A stretch of 59,312 bases of DNA, filler included, from Catajapyx aquilonaris (taxonomy: Eukaryota), in NCBI GenBank assembly GCA_000934665.2. It is 4 parts of 4 records of this genome, joined end to end, with 100 filler letters (N's around TTAATTAATTAA, not from the genome) between each part and the next. Parts side by side here need not be neighbours in the genome. Positions count along the whole stretch, not along the records: positions 44,563 to 59,312 come from JYFJ02007698.1; 3 more parts are not named here. One strand, written 5' to 3'. This document shows positions 58,750 through 59,312 of the stretch, piece after piece (position 1 is the first letter of the stretch; every line of letters starts with the position of its first letter). The position numbers were made by a program, and so were the translations under genes. Under the pieces are notes generated by a model, which was not told the origin of the DNA, ran no database searches, and was given only the letters and a program-made list of their open reading frames with translations.

Positions 58750-59075
58750 TACATGTGCATGGTCTCTGATGCACTGAAGTTTTTTCTTTCCAAAATTTGC
58801 CGAAGTTCAAGGTGTTGCTGGAACTCCCATGGCGCAGTAAGAAATGCCTTGCTGGGAACAACAGTAATGTACACATGGAATTAATTTCCTGGGTCCAGAA
58901 CGGAATCTCCATGTTACACGCAGATCTTACTTTTACTCATCCATTAATCCCAGTCAACTTTTCTTAGGTAACTCAGTTGGGTTCTTACAAAGTGACAATT
59001 GCCACAGTCCATGTACTGTATGTGCCTTTATGTGGAGTCTAGACAAAATTATTATTAAGTAGTTGGGGAAGGTGT

Positions 59076-59200
59076 GGTGGCCGAGATAGTAATGTCTCAG
59101 CTTGCTGAGCTTAAGGTCCCAGGTTCGATCCCCGTCTGGGATTTCCCTTTCGCCTGCGTCAGGAGGGTCTAGTCCGGGGGTTAAGGACGAGAAATGAGCT
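59076..59200 (+). mobile_element. tRNA-derived SINE head (degenerate)
   Basis: GGTGGCCGAGATAG...GGTTCGATCCCC; no complete cloverleaf. Confidence 0.55.
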
Positions 59201-59312
59201 GAACTATGCATTTTATGAATAAAAGGTGCCGCTTTGCACATAAACTAATTCGACCCTTCCGAACATTTCTGGAAGGGGCGCCAATCGAAAATCGGATGCG
59301 GACGGCCGCCAT

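Noticed and set aside
59240..59312. Minus-strand ATGGCGGCC at the window end as a coding start for TMEM62
   Set aside because: An in-frame TAG precedes the ATG at 54749, so it cannot extend that CDS via the 54785 acceptor. It is more likely a promoter or 5'UTR motif, and context is lacking.

Overview
Eukaryotic, intron-rich genomic DNA, most likely from an arthropod (inferred from gene content, short introns and the TE spectrum). It has three 100-nt assembly gaps, each carrying an artificial TTAATTAATTAA linker. All gene models were spliced by hand from the sequence; no database search was run. Left to right: the 5' end of a PVR/VEGFR-like Ig receptor gene (minus); a tandem array of cathepsin-L-like papain-family genes (minus) with a GPI-anchored Ly6/three-finger gene embedded in it; ZZZ3, OSTC, LLPH and ACTR8; two unrecognised multi-exon genes; and the 5' half of TMEM62, whose introns are full of MITEs, SINEs, a LINE remnant and a ~1.9-kb foldback element. 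The cathepsin array holds three intact copies, one copy with the catalytic Cys replaced by Asp plus a premature stop, the last exon of a fifth copy, and remnants. The most interesting signal is the remodelled cathepsin sub-lineage (copies 3 and 4): a new Cys pair, loss of the SEQ and E-x-x-Y-P-Y motifs, an altered S2 pocket, and CGSCW changed to CKADW in copy 4. Next is the tail-to-tail overlap of ZZZ3 and OSTC, whose stop codons are 25 nt apart.
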